Positions 37,096 to 48,032 are shown, counted from the stretch's first letter. The stretch is 64,000 nucleotides of DNA from Candidatus Sericytochromatia bacterium (GCA_046328015.1 JAXLXH010000001.1:907305-971304), one strand, 5' to 3'. The notes: generated from the sequence alone by a model not told the origin. Numbers and translations are program-made.

Positions 37096-38133
37096 ATGTC
37101 TATTTCTGAATACAAATTAACCGAACTAACAGAGGCTGGTGGCTGAGCATCCAAAATCGGAAGTAACCGATTGGGGCAAGTTTTGTCTCAGATACCAAAA
37201 TTTGAAAGTGAAAATCTATTAGTAGATTTATCAACAAATGAAGATGCAGGTGTTTATAAATTAAATGATACTACTGCTTTAGTTCAGACTGTAGATTTTT
37301 TTACACCTGTTTTAGATAATCCTTATTTATATGGAGCAGTTTCAGCTGCTAATTCATTAAGTGATGTTTATGCTATGGGTGGTAAACCTATTACAGCTAT
37401 GAATATTTTATGTTTTCCTAATAATTTACCAGATGAAATTTTGACAGAAATATTAAAAGGTGGGGCTGACAAAGTAAAAGAAAGTGGTGCTATTTTACTT
37501 GGGGGTCATAGTGTAAAGGATAAAGAAATAAAATTTGGTTTATCTGTAACAGGTTTAATTTCTCCAGATAAAGTCTATACAAATTCAAATTTAAAAGAAG
37601 ATGATATTTTAGTACTTACAAAACCTTTAGGTGCAGGTATTTTGACAACTGCTTTAAAAAAGAAATTTGTAATAGAAGACGAAATAAAAGATTGTATTGA
37701 TGGAATGATGCAATTAAATAAAATAGCTTGTGAAGTTATGATTGATACACCTGAAGTTCATTCTTGTACAGATATAACTGGTTTTGGTTTATTAGGTCAT
37801 TTAAAAGAAATGTGTGAAGGCAGCAATAAGGGAGCTGAATTGTATTTTAATAAGTTTAAATTTTATGATAAAACCTTAGAGTTTCTTGAAAAGGGTGCTG
37901 TATCTGGAGGTTGTAAAGAAAACTTAAAAACTTTTGAATCTTTTACTTTTTTCGATTCTAAAATAACTTTAAATGAAAAATACTTATTAGCAGATCCTCA
38001 AACTTCAGGGGGACTTTTAATAAGTATTAATCAAAAATATGCTGATACTTTTTTAGATAATTTACTAAAAAAAGGTTTAAATGCTTTTATTATAGGTAAA
38101 GTTATAAAGGAAAAAGTTATAAAAATATTTTAG
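37096..38133 (+). CDS. selD: Selenide, water dikinase (selenophosphate synthetase), selenocysteine-containing: TGA at 37144-37146 is read as Sec
   Basis: ATG at 37096 is in frame with the track ORF 37171..38133. Translation MSISEYKLTELTEAGG-U-ASKIGSNRLGQVL... matches the SelD N-terminus (…AGGUAAKI / AGCGCKI) with Sec at the catalytic position. The SECIS-like hairpin begins 7 nt after the TGA. Confidence 0.85.
37151..37176 (+). promoter_or_regulatory. Bacterial SECIS-like hairpin (stem AAAATCGG/CCGATT, apical loop AAGUAA containing GU) immediately 3' of the in-frame UGA
   Basis: Complementarity read from the sequence. Position and loop content are as expected for bSECIS elements. Confidence 0.65.
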
Positions 38134-38306
38134 AGTTTGCATTTTTTACAATGAGTTAAAGCCATATTATTAAACTATTCAGGGTTAAAAAAATACAAAA
38201 CAATTTTATTTAATTCTATTAAAAATTTTATCTATAATAAAAATATGAGTATTAATTTAAAATATAACCTCAGATTTTTCTTTTTTATTTTAGAAAGGTA
38301 TTAATA

Positions 38307-39584
38307 ATGAAAAATATTAAATTTTTATCACTTATTTTAGTTTTAACTATTTTTTCTTGTAATGAAATAAAAGAAATAAAAAAATACCCTAAGGCAGAAG
38401 ATATAAAGGGATATTCAGATTTTATAATTCCAGATAAAAAAAATACATTAGATTTTATTCCAACTCCAACTCCAACTCCAAGTCCTATACCAACGCCTAA
38501 TAAAATAATACTATCTAGATGCTTAGATTTATCAGAATATAAGATAACTAAAAAAATACATTATCCCTCTGATATTGTTGTTTCAAATGATGGTAATTAT
38601 ATTTATATTGTTACAAATGAAAGTTTATATCATATCCATAAATCAGAAGGAAATTATTATAGAGAAACAAGCTTAGAGGATAAAATATATTATGATTTAT
38701 ATCCAAATTTAATTTATAAAATATCAAAAAATGGAGAAATATCAAATTTACCACCTACATCTAATAATAACAATGTAAATTGTTCTTCTAAGGTAATAGA
38801 AAAAGATATTAATGGAGATCTTTTAGTTTATGAGAATTCAAATTTATACTTATTTAAAGACAATAAATATCAGTTTTTACATAAATTTGAAGATAGAGAA
38901 ATACAAAAAGATATTTCATTAGTATGTATGCCCACTATTAATTCTATTGGAAGCTTTGTAGAAAACTGTGATAAAAATAAAAAAATAGAACCGTATAATT
39001 TTTATTATGAAAATAATTATTTTTTTATTAGTTATGTTTTTTATTTTGATAGTGCTTCGCAATACCATGAAGAGAATATTCAGTCTTATAATATACAAGA
39101 TAACGTTCAAAATGAAATTTATCAGAGTTTATCAAGTAATTATTATAGTAAGGCATTACTATATATTAATTCTAATAAAAAACAAAATCGTAAATTATAT
39201 CCAGATATAATAAATTTTACTAATAGTATTTATAATGGAAAACCTTTTTTAAGTATAAAAGATATAATAAAAGATAAAAAAGAAATAGAAAAAGTAGGAG
39301 AAATTATACGTATAAGAAAAGATTCAAAAGGAAATTTATTTGGTTTAGATACAGAAAAAAATATAATTTGGAAAATATATCCTAATGAACAAAAAATAGA
39401 GTTATTAGCTGGTAGTGGGAAAGCAGGATATAAAGATGGAAAAGGGGAAGTAGCTGAATTTGATAGAATTATAGATATTGATGTTGATAGTGAAGATAAC
39501 CTTTATGTAACTGATTTTTATAATAATGCAATAAGAAAAATAACTCCTGATGGTGTGGTTAGTACTTTTTATAAGGATGAATAG
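38307..39584 (+). CDS. Hypothetical lipoprotein with C-terminal NHL-type beta-propeller repeat(s)
   Basis: Signal peptide plus Cys (IFSC). PTPTPTPSPIPTP linker. C-terminal DSEDNLYVTDFYNNAIRKITPDG resembles NHL repeats. Confidence 0.55.
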   Translation: MKNIKFLSLILVLTIFSCNEIKEIKKYPKAEDIKGYSDFIIPDKKNTLDFIPTPTPTPSPIPTPNKIILSRCLDLSEYKITKKIHYPSDIVVSNDGNYIYIVTNESLYHIHKSEGNYYRETSLEDKIYYDLYPNLIYKISKNGEISNLPPTSNNNNVNCSSKVIEKDINGDLLVYENSNLYLFKDNKYQFLHKFEDREIQKDISLVCMPTINSIGSFVENCDKNKKIEPYNFYYENNYFFISYVFYFDSASQYHEENIQSYNIQDNVQNEIYQSLSSNYYSKALLYINSNKKQNRKLYPDIINFTNSIYNGKPFLSIKDIIKDKKEIEKVGEIIRIRKDSKGNLFGLDTEKNIIWKIYPNEQKIELLAGSGKAGYKDGKGEVAEFDRIIDIDVDSEDNLYVTDFYNNAIRKITPDGVVSTFYKDE

Positions 39585-39700
39585 TTAAAAGTGAAAAGTT
39601 AGAAGTTAGAAGTATAGGAAAAGTTATACTTCGAAAGGCTCAGTATACATTCGTGCTACGTGAATGGAAAATAGTTAAAAGTCAGAAGTAGTTGTGAAAT
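39585..39700. repeat. REP-like composite repeat, family 1 (GTGAAAAGTTAGAAGTTAGAAG + TACTTCGAAAGGCTCAGTATACA)
   Basis: Same units as at 32538. Confidence 0.6.
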
Positions 39701-39741
39701 GTAGTGGTAAGCCTTGCATTTACTACGAAATGAAGCAAAAA

Positions 39742-39802
39742 ACTACAGATTAATCAAATTTTATTAATAGATAAAAAATACAATATAATCATAATCTGTA
39801 GT
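39742..39802 (-). repeat. Inverted-repeat hairpin ACTACAGATTA/TAATCTGTAGT, 11 bp with a 39-nt loop, just downstream of pgk. Member of repeat family 3 (AAACTAC[AG]GATT)
   Basis: Perfect complementarity. The same motif is seen at 57731-57831 and 59005-59030. May act as the pgk terminator. Confidence 0.5.
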
Positions 39803-39811
39803 AAAAATATT

Positions 39812-40996
39812 TTAAATATTTTTCAAAGCCTTAATTCCAGGTAATTCTAAACCTTCCAAAAATTCTAGTGAAGCACCTCCACCTGTTGATATATGACTAA
39901 AATATTCTGCCAAACCAGCCTGTTCTATAGCTGCTACAGAATCTCCACCACCTGCAATAGTAATAGTTCCTGTTTTGGTTAATTCGGCTAAAGTTTTTGC
40001 TACTTCATTAGTACCTTTTGCAAAATTAGGATTTTCAAAAACACCTAAAGGTCCATTCCAAACTACTGTTTTAGCTGTTTTTAAAGTATTAATTATTTTT
40101 TCTATGCTTTTATTTCCTACATCAAAACCTGCTTTATTATCTGGTATTTCACCAACAATAGAAATTTCTGTTGAATCTAAAGATTCTGCAACTACATGAT
40201 CTTCTGCTAAAACTAAACTGCAATTCAATTCTTTTGCTTTATTAATTATCTCGGTAGCTGTTGATAAATAATCATCTTCAACCAAAGATTTACCCACTTT
40301 TTGACCTTGTGCTTTTAAAAAAGTATAAGTCATAGCACCACCAATTATTAAAGCATCAGTTTTTTCAATTAGATTTTTTAATACACCTATTTTAGAAGAG
40401 ATTTTAGAACCACCGATAATAGCTACAAAAGGTTTTTCTGGGCTTAAGGCTTTAGATAAATAAGCAATTTCTTTTTCCATTAAAAGACCAGAATAAGCTG
40501 GTAAAAATTCAGCAATTCCTGCTGTTGAAGAGTGGGCACGATGAGCTGTTCCAAAAGCATCATTTACGTATATTTCAGCTAAGTCTGCTAATTTTTTAGA
40601 AAAATCTGTAACATTTTTTTCTTCTTCAGGATAAAACCTTACATTCTCTAATAAAAATAATTTATTATCAGCATTATTTATTGTATTTTTAATTTCTTCT
40701 CCAATACAATCATTCAGAAAAACAAGTTCTTTGTTTATATGTTCTTTTATATAATTTGCTACTGGTAACATAGTATATTTTTCTTCTTTTCCTTTTGGTC
40801 TGCCCAAATGAGAAACTAAAATAACTTTAGCTCCATTTTCTAATAAATAGTTTATGGTAGGCATTGCTGATACAATTCTGGTAGCATCTGATACACTACC
40901 ATTTTTTAGAGGAACATTAAAATCAACTCTAACAATTACTTTTTTATTGTTTAAGTCTTCTTTACTTAAGCTTTTTATACTTGCTTTACTCATCAT
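39812..40996 (-). CDS. pgk: Phosphoglycerate kinase
   Basis: 394 aa. RVDFNVP, hinge and C-terminal nucleotide-binding motifs (GGGASLE). Confidence 0.93.
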   Translation of the reverse strand: MMSKASIKSLSKEDLNNKKVIVRVDFNVPLKNGSVSDATRIVSAMPTINYLLENGAKVILVSHLGRPKGKEEKYTMLPVANYIKEHINKELVFLNDCIGEEIKNTINNADNKLFLLENVRFYPEEEKNVTDFSKKLADLAEIYVNDAFGTAHRAHSSTAGIAEFLPAYSGLLMEKEIAYLSKALSPEKPFVAIIGGSKISSKIGVLKNLIEKTDALIIGGAMTYTFLKAQGQKVGKSLVEDDYLSTATEIINKAKELNCSLVLAEDHVVAESLDSTEISIVGEIPDNKAGFDVGNKSIEKIINTLKTAKTVVWNGPLGVFENPNFAKGTNEVAKTLAELTKTGTITIAGGGDSVAAIEQAGLAEYFSHISTGGGASLEFLEGLELPGIKALKNI

Positions 40997-41174
40997 TTTT
41001 ACCTATCTATAACATAATGATAGAGATATTATAAGCTACTTATAAAAAGATAATAGTAATTTTGAAAATTAATATTAAAAAATTAATATATGCTAATTAT
41101 CAAGTTAATTATGAAACTGTTCATAAATGTTAGCTATTCTCGAAAAAATTAAATACATAATTAAATAGTAAAAG

Positions 41175-42296
41175 TTATTTTTTACTAGGTATTATTTGTT
41201 CTATTTTTATATTAAAATTTTTAGAAATTCTATCTAATAATTCTTTTTGGTCTTTAGTAATAATAGAAATAGCCATACCTTTTTGTTCTTGTCTTCCAGT
41301 TCTTCCAACTCTATGTAAATAAGATTTTGCATCTCTATTTAGATCTAAATTAAAAACATGGCTTACATTTTTTATATCCAAACCTCTAGCAGCAATATCT
41401 GTAGCAAATAATAATTGAATAGTACCTTTTTTAAAATCTTCAATTATTTTTTTACGCTCTTCTTTTTGATTTGTTCCCAAAAGAGAACCTGCTTTTAAGC
41501 CATGATATCCAGTAAATTCAACAAGCTCTTTTATATCATCACCTTTTTGTATAAAAACTAAGGCTCTTTCTGGATTAAAAAATTTAACTAATTTTCTCAA
41601 TGTTTCTACTTTATTTTTATACTCAACAACATAATAATAATGTTCTATATTATCTGGAATGGTATTTTCACTTTCAGTTCTTATAATATTTATTTCTTTT
41701 AAATACTCTTTCATTTCTGATATATCTCTATCGGAAATAGTTGCAGAAACTAAAATAGTTTGTTTTTCTTTTGAAGTTATATTAAGTACTTTTTTTACTG
41801 TAGATACATTAGTTTTATCTAACATCCTATCAGCTTCATCTATAACAAGATTTTTTATATTAGAAGCATTTATTTTTTTCTTTTCTATTAATTCTAATAT
41901 TCTACCTGCCGAACCTATAATAATATGAGGTTTTTCTTTTAATTTATCAATTTGTCTTTTTATATTAACTTCTCCAATAATAAGTGCATAAGAAATAGGT
42001 AAATTAGAGTTTTTTGCTAATAACTCTACCTGTGTTTTTATTTGAGAAGCTAATTCATGAGTAGGAGCAAGTATGATAGTTTGTGTTTTGTCATTTATAT
42101 TTATGTTTTGAAAAATAGGTAATAAATAAGCAAAAGTTTTACCAGAACCTGTTTCAGATTGAAAAATAAGATCTTTTTTTAATAATAATTCAGGAATTAC
42201 TTTACCTTGTATTTCTGTTGGATTAGTAATACTTAACTTTTTTAATCCTTCTTCTAATTGACTATTTAAACCTAAATTTGTAAATGTATTGTCCAT
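41175..42296 (-). CDS. DEAD-box ATP-dependent RNA helicase
   Basis: Q-motif region, SETGSGKT (motif I), DEAD (VIDEADRMLD), SAT, HRVGRTGR. The start is placed at MDNTFTNLGL because the longer track ORF (to 42383) runs into the GC-rich palindromic element. Confidence 0.85.
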   Translation of the reverse strand: MDNTFTNLGLNSQLEEGLKKLSITNPTEIQGKVIPELLLKKDLIFQSETGSGKTFAYLLPIFQNININDKTQTIILAPTHELASQIKTQVELLAKNSNLPISYALIIGEVNIKRQIDKLKEKPHIIIGSAGRILELIEKKKINASNIKNLVIDEADRMLDKTNVSTVKKVLNITSKEKQTILVSATISDRDISEMKEYLKEINIIRTESENTIPDNIEHYYYVVEYKNKVETLRKLVKFFNPERALVFIQKGDDIKELVEFTGYHGLKAGSLLGTNQKEERKKIIEDFKKGTIQLLFATDIAARGLDIKNVSHVFNLDLNRDAKSYLHRVGRTGRQEQKGMAISIITKDQKELLDRISKNFNIKIEQIIPSKK

Positions 42297-42351
42297 AAAT
42301 AATTTTAACTCTAAAAATGCTAAACCCTTTATAAATTTTATTCTTATTAGA

Positions 42352-42438
42352 GAATACCTCAGAGCTCTGCTCTGGTGTTTCAAGGGAGAGCCCCCGATCC
42401 CTTCCTCCTACGGGGTTGCTACCCCGTAGGAGGTCTTA
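42352..42438. repeat. GC-rich nested-palindrome element, family 2, copy 2, inverted orientation, intergenic
   Basis: GAATACCTCAGAGCTCTGCTCTGG…CCTCCTACGGGG-TTGCTA-CCCCGTAGGAGG. Confidence 0.75.
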
Positions 42439-42511
42439 AATTCATTTTAGGGTTATTTTATTATAATATAATTTATATCTTTTATCTGATTAAATTATTG
42501 ATTCTACAAAT

Positions 42512-42543
42512 AAAAAAAGCCTCTTGTTACAGAGGCTTTTTTT
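42512..42543 (-). terminator. Intrinsic terminator of the nuo operon (AAAAAAAGCCTCT-GTTACA-AGAGGCTTTTTTT)
   Basis: Perfect GC-containing stem flanked by A/T runs, 10 nt after the nuoN stop. Confidence 0.8.
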
Positions 42544-42552
42544 ATTTAAAAA

Positions 42553-44031
42553 CTAAAATCCAATTTTTGCCATTTGTAAAAATGGAGCTGGAGCTAAGAA
42601 TAAAACTAATAAACCTAATAAGCTTATAATAGCAGCCATAGCTAAAGCAGCATTTGGAGCTTCCCAAGTAATAGATTCTTCTGGTTCTCTTAGATACATA
42701 GCTTTCATAACTTTTACATAATAGTATAAAGATACTACACTGTTTAATGCACCGATAAAAGCTAACCAAGCATAGCCTGAATTGAAAGCAGATACAAATA
42801 AATATAATTTACCAGTAAAACCGCCAAATGGAGGTAAACCTGCTAAAGAAACTAAACAACAAGAAAATACGAATGCAATAAAAGGTGATTTTTTAGCAAC
42901 TCCTGCAAAAGAATCTATATCTGTAGAACCAGTATGTTTTGAAAAGTACATTATTGCTCCAAAAGCACCTATATTCATAAATATATAGGTTGTTAAGTAA
43001 AATAAAACACTGGTAAAATCATCATAGTTTCCTTTCATTAAAGGGATAATACCAATAAGTATATAACCTGCATGAGCAATACTTGAAAAAGCAAACATTC
43101 TTTTTACATTTTTTTGAATAATAGCTAAAAAGTTTCCTGCACACATAGTAATAATAGAAACAATTACAACTAAGGTTAATAATTGATTTGCAAGCTCATT
43201 AGTGAATATTTGTATAAATCTAGCAAAAGCTGCAAAACCAGCAATTTTTGATGTTATTGATAAAAACGCAGTAACAGGAGTTGGAGCCCCTTCATAAACA
43301 TCTGGAGCCCACATATGAAATGGAGCAGCAGCTATTTTATAAGCTAAACCAGAAAAACTCATTACAGTTGCTATTACTAAAATAACATTTAAAGGTTGAG
43401 AGTATTTAGACAAACCTGCAGCTACAGTAGGAAAATCTATTGCTCCAGTCAAACCAAACATAATAGAAAAACCATAAAGAGTTAAAGCAGATGATAAACC
43501 ACCAACAACAAAATATTTTAAAGCAGATTCAGAAGATTTTGGATTATCTTTATTCATACAAGTAAGTACATAAGAGCTGATACTTAAGAGTTCAACTCCT
43601 AAGAAAAAGGTAATCATTTCATTTGCAGATGATAAAAACATACCACCTAAAGTTGCCATACAAATTAGTGAATAAAATTCACCAGAGTTTCTTATTTTTT
43701 CACTAACATATCTAAAAGAAATTAAAACAGTTAAGATTGATGATAAAACTATTATCATTTTGAAATAAACTGCAAAATCATCTAATAAAAAAGATTGATG
43801 AAAAGTAGCTTTATCTGAAGCAAAAAAGCCTTCTGTTATTCCAAAACCTACAGATTTGAAACCAACTAAAGAACCAAAAGATAAACATAAACCTACTAAA
43901 GCGGCTAAACCAATATTACGCCCTCTTTTTTCTTTTATTTTATCAACTGGTTTGAAAAACCACTCACCGAATACTACAACGCACGCCGTGAGTATTAATA
44001 TTAATTCTGGTATAAAAACAGCGAAATTCAA
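42553..44031 (-). CDS. nuoN: NADH-quinone oxidoreductase subunit N
   Basis: 492 aa, 14 TM, antiporter-like subunit, last gene of the operon. Confidence 0.9.
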   Translation of the reverse strand: MNFAVFIPELILILTACVVVFGEWFFKPVDKIKEKRGRNIGLAALVGLCLSFGSLVGFKSVGFGITEGFFASDKATFHQSFLLDDFAVYFKMIIVLSSILTVLISFRYVSEKIRNSGEFYSLICMATLGGMFLSSANEMITFFLGVELLSISSYVLTCMNKDNPKSSESALKYFVVGGLSSALTLYGFSIMFGLTGAIDFPTVAAGLSKYSQPLNVILVIATVMSFSGLAYKIAAAPFHMWAPDVYEGAPTPVTAFLSITSKIAGFAAFARFIQIFTNELANQLLTLVVIVSIITMCAGNFLAIIQKNVKRMFAFSSIAHAGYILIGIIPLMKGNYDDFTSVLFYLTTYIFMNIGAFGAIMYFSKHTGSTDIDSFAGVAKKSPFIAFVFSCCLVSLAGLPPFGGFTGKLYLFVSAFNSGYAWLAFIGALNSVVSLYYYVKVMKAMYLREPEESITWEAPNAALAMAAIISLLGLLVLFLAPAPFLQMAKIGF

Positions 44032-44043
44032 AATTTATCCTCC

Positions 44044-45585
44044 TTAAGCACCTAGACCCATAAGAAGCATTAGTTGCTTTGTTGCAGGGTTTATTATATC
44101 AAGTAAAAGTGCTGGGTATAATCCTGTTGCTACTACTATTGTCATAAGTAATACAACACTAAATGTTTCTAATTTATCTATATCTGGTAAACCTTTCCAA
44201 GCAGCTGGAAGTGGTCCAAAAAACACTCTTTCATTTAACCATAAAGTATATGCAGCACCTATAACTACACTGAAGGCTGCTAAAGCACATAAGTATGGAT
44301 GAGTTTGGAAAGAACCTGCGAATACTAAAAATTCACTAACAAAGCTATTCATACCTGGAACAGCAACTCCAGCCATAGAAATAGCTACAAAGAAAGCACC
44401 TGCGATTGGCATTTGTTGAGCCAAACCACCTAATTTAGCAATTTCTCTTGTATGAGTTCTATCATAAACAACACCTACAAATAAGAACATCATTGCAGTA
44501 ATAGTTCCGTGTGTAAACATTTGAAGTATTGCTCCATTTAAACCATTTGCATTTAAACCAGCCATACCTAAAAGTACAAATCCCATGTGGCTAACACTTG
44601 AATAAGCTATAACTTTTTTCATATCTGTTTGTGCTAATGCTAAAAAAGCACCATACATTATATTTACAGCTCCTAAAGCAGCTAACCAAAAACCTATATC
44701 TAAAACTGTATTTTTAACAGATACTACATCTGGAAATAATCCAAATCCAAATCTTATCATTCCATAAGATCCCATTTTTAAGAGTACTCCTGCAAGAACA
44801 ATACTTAATGCAGTTGGAGCTTCAACGTGAGCATCTGGTAACCATGTATGAAAAGGAACCATAGGAAGTTTTACCGCAAAACAAATCATTAAAGAAATAA
44901 AAGCTAAAGTTTGAACTGTCATTCCTAAGTTTGCAAAAACTTTATTACCAGATTGAGCAAGTTGTACATAATCAAAAGAACCTGTAGTTAAAAATATTCC
45001 TAAAAATACTACTAACATAAAAGCACTAGCAAAAGATGTATAAAGAATAAACTTCATTGCTGCATATTCTCTTCTTGCTCCACCCCATATACCAATTAAG
45101 AAGTACATAGGTATTAATTCTAATTCCCACATTACAAAGAATAAGAATAAATCTAAAGAAGTAAAAACTCCTAAAACAGCTGTTTGCATTACCATCATAA
45201 GAAAGAAATACATTCTTGGCATTTTTTCAACTTTCCAAGAAGCTAAAACAGCTACAATCATAATTAATGAAGTAAGTAAAACCATTGGAATACTTAAACC
45301 ATCAACTGCTACATAGTAATAACTATTTATTACTGGTATCCAAGAAAACTTATCCACAAATTGAAAATTAAACATTGCAGCTGGATCAGCTGAAGGCTTA
45401 AAGTTCATTGCTAACATCAAAGAAAAGATGAAAGTAATAGCTGTTGTAACAAGAGCTACTTTATGTGGCAATTTATTTCCTTCCGCAGGTTTAGGTAGTA
45501 TAAGCTGAATTAAGCCACCTAACATGGGGAAGAATATTATTAAGGTTAAAAACAAACCATTTAATGCTGATGAATCTACTGTCAT
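44044..45585 (-). CDS. nuoM: NADH-quinone oxidoreductase subunit M
   Basis: WLPDAHVEAPTALSIVLAGVLLKMG. Confidence 0.92.
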   Translation of the reverse strand: MTVDSSALNGLFLTLIIFFPMLGGLIQLILPKPAEGNKLPHKVALVTTAITFIFSLMLAMNFKPSADPAAMFNFQFVDKFSWIPVINSYYYVAVDGLSIPMVLLTSLIMIVAVLASWKVEKMPRMYFFLMMVMQTAVLGVFTSLDLFLFFVMWELELIPMYFLIGIWGGARREYAAMKFILYTSFASAFMLVVFLGIFLTTGSFDYVQLAQSGNKVFANLGMTVQTLAFISLMICFAVKLPMVPFHTWLPDAHVEAPTALSIVLAGVLLKMGSYGMIRFGFGLFPDVVSVKNTVLDIGFWLAALGAVNIMYGAFLALAQTDMKKVIAYSSVSHMGFVLLGMAGLNANGLNGAILQMFTHGTITAMMFLFVGVVYDRTHTREIAKLGGLAQQMPIAGAFFVAISMAGVAVPGMNSFVSEFLVFAGSFQTHPYLCALAAFSVVIGAAYTLWLNERVFFGPLPAAWKGLPDIDKLETFSVVLLMTIVVATGLYPALLLDIINPATKQLMLLMGLGA

Positions 45586-45626
45586 TTTGTTTTTTCCAAA
45601 TTCCGTAAAAATCTAATATCTATAAC

Positions 45627-47699
45627 TTATTTAACATTCAATATTTTTCTAGCTAAGGTATAAGCATAAGTAGCCAAGCTAAGTAATACAATTACACCCA
45701 CACTTGCTAAAACCCAAACCCATTTTTCAGTAAGGTTTTTTACAAGATAAGCATAATTAGTTGAAGCAAATATTAATAATAATACTGCGACTATTACACC
45801 CATAGCATATTGTTGAACCTTACCACTATGAAGTCTTTTTGCTGCATGTGCCACACCCAAACAAGCCCAGCTTACAGCATTAACTATCATATCAATACCA
45901 AATTTATCAAATATAGAAGATGCTTTAGCAAAAGCTAAAACAAATTTATCTATAACCCAAAGATAAGCTTCATCTACATAAAGTTTATTAAGAGATGCAT
46001 TGAATAATGGTTTCATTTTTTTAGAAAGCTCTTCAGCTTTTGTTAAGTCACCTTTTCCATAAATTGCAAAAGATAATCCTGTTCCTACTAAAAAGATTAC
46101 TAAAGAACAACCCATAACAATAAAGTTTGGTCCATGATGAGCAGAGTGTTCTGCTGCATGTTGAACCACAGGATTATAATGAACAAAATCTTTAAAATAA
46201 TCTGCCCAAGGAGTTCCAACAAAACCTATTAATAAAGAAGGGATAGATAAAAATACTAAAGGAAATTTCATTCTCCAACCTGGTTCATGTGGATGTCCAT
46301 GCCCTCTATATTCACCTTCAAAGGTTAAGAAATATAATCTAAACATATAGAAAGCTGTCATAGTTGCTGCAATACCAGCAAAAACAAAGTAAACAATATT
46401 AGCTTCAAAAATAGCATCTAACATTGCATCTTTACTCCAGAAACCTGCTAAACCTGGGGCACCTGAAATTGCTGCTGTTCCTATTAAACAAGAAATAGCA
46501 GTAATAGGCATTTTCTTTCTTAAACCACCCATTTCAAAAATATCTTGTGTATGACAAGCATGTATTACACTACCTGAACATAAGAACAACATAGCTTTAA
46601 AGAATGCGTGAGTAAATAAGTGGAAAATAGCTGCTGTATAACCTAAAGGAGTAATTCCACCTTCTGTAGAATACATACCTAAAGTTAAAATCATGAAACC
46701 TAATTGACTTACTGTAGAATAAGCCAAAATCTTTTTTATATCTCTTTGAGTGATAGCAATAAAAGCTGCCATAATTGCTGTAATACCACCAATTATAGCT
46801 ATAAAATCTAATGCATTTAGCATTCCGAACAAAGCTGGGAAGGTAGCTTGAGAAAATACAGTCATAATTTTTGCAACCATATAAACTCCAGCTGCAACCA
46901 TTGTTGCTGCGTGAATTAATGCACTCACTGGTGTAGGACCTTCCATCGCATCTGGTAACCAAACGTGTAATGGAAATTGACCTGATTTACCAATCGCACC
47001 AAAAAAGGTTAAGATTGCTGCGAAAGTTAAAACTGCACCAGTCATTTTACCTGCTGCTATTTGAGCAGCAGCAAGATCAAAATTTAATGTATTTGTATAT
47101 GTGAATATTAAAAGTATTCCTAATAAAAATCCAAAGTCACCAACTCTGTTAGCTAAAAAAGCTTTTTTAGCTGCATAAGGAGCTGATTTTTTCTCATAAA
47201 AGAAGCTAATTAATAAAAATGAGCTAACACCCACCAATTCCCAACCAGCATAAAGTACTAAGAAATTATCTGTAAGAACTAATAAAAGCATTGAGAATGA
47301 GAATAAAGAAAGTTCTGCGTAATATCTAGAAAAAGAATAACCTTTATGAATATATTCTTCCATATACTCTCTAGAATATAATTGAACTAAAGTACTTATA
47401 AGTGTAACTACTACCAACATCATGGCAGTAACGGCATCGACTCTCCAACTTACTGAAAAATCAAAGTTACCACTAGTAAACCATCTTAAAGCACCACTTG
47501 AATTTTGTAAAACATAATTAATATCTGTTACTGCTTGATAACCTATCAAGCAAGAAAGCATAAGTGCTATAAAAATAAAACCTCTTGAAATTCTTGAACT
47601 TAAAACTGGAGACTTTCTAGTAAAGAAAGTAATAACACCAGCTGAAAGTAGTGGTAAAAAGGCCACTAGCCAAGCGTTTTTTACTGCAAATTCTATCAC
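45627..47699 (-). CDS. nuoL: NADH-quinone oxidoreductase subunit L
   Basis: 690 aa. WLPDAMEGPTPVSALIHAATMV. Long C-terminal extension typical of NuoL. Confidence 0.92.
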   Translation of the reverse strand: MIEFAVKNAWLVAFLPLLSAGVITFFTRKSPVLSSRISRGFIFIALMLSCLIGYQAVTDINYVLQNSSGALRWFTSGNFDFSVSWRVDAVTAMMLVVVTLISTLVQLYSREYMEEYIHKGYSFSRYYAELSLFSFSMLLLVLTDNFLVLYAGWELVGVSSFLLISFFYEKKSAPYAAKKAFLANRVGDFGFLLGILLIFTYTNTLNFDLAAAQIAAGKMTGAVLTFAAILTFFGAIGKSGQFPLHVWLPDAMEGPTPVSALIHAATMVAAGVYMVAKIMTVFSQATFPALFGMLNALDFIAIIGGITAIMAAFIAITQRDIKKILAYSTVSQLGFMILTLGMYSTEGGITPLGYTAAIFHLFTHAFFKAMLFLCSGSVIHACHTQDIFEMGGLRKKMPITAISCLIGTAAISGAPGLAGFWSKDAMLDAIFEANIVYFVFAGIAATMTAFYMFRLYFLTFEGEYRGHGHPHEPGWRMKFPLVFLSIPSLLIGFVGTPWADYFKDFVHYNPVVQHAAEHSAHHGPNFIVMGCSLVIFLVGTGLSFAIYGKGDLTKAEELSKKMKPLFNASLNKLYVDEAYLWVIDKFVLAFAKASSIFDKFGIDMIVNAVSWACLGVAHAAKRLHSGKVQQYAMGVIVAVLLLIFASTNYAYLVKNLTEKWVWVLASVGVIVLLSLATYAYTLARKILNVK

Positions 47700-47720
47700 G
47701 ATTAATACCTCAATTTTCCC

Positions 47721-48032
47721 TTACCACTTCATAGTACTGATTCTTTCCATATCAGCAGTTTGAGAGTTTTTAAACACGTTAAAGATTATTGCTAATCCAA
47801 CTCCAGCTTCTGCTGCTGAAACGGTCATTATGAAAATAGTAAAAATTTGTCCTGTTAATTGAGCAGGGGTTATATAGTTAGAAAAAGCTACTAAATTAAC
47901 ACTCACACCTGCCAAAGCAATTTCTAATGACATAAGAACTCTCACTGCATTCTTACTAGTAAGAACGCCATATATTCCTATACAAAACAAAACTGCTGCC
48001 AAAAACAAATAATGATATAAAGTTAAACTCAT
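47721..48032 (-). CDS. nuoK: NADH-quinone oxidoreductase subunit K
   Basis: 103 aa, 3 TM, conserved acidic residues. Confidence 0.9.
   Translation of the reverse strand: MSLTLYHYLFLAAVLFCIGIYGVLTSKNAVRVLMSLEIALAGVSVNLVAFSNYITPAQLTGQIFTIFIMTVSAAEAGVGLAIIFNVFKNSQTADMERISTMKW

Noticed and set aside
42375-42769. Track ORFs 42375..42629 and 42542..42769, and the extended helicase start at 42383
   Set aside because: They are read through the GC-rich palindromic element and the nuoN terminator hairpin. The helicase start is placed at 42296 (MDNTF…).
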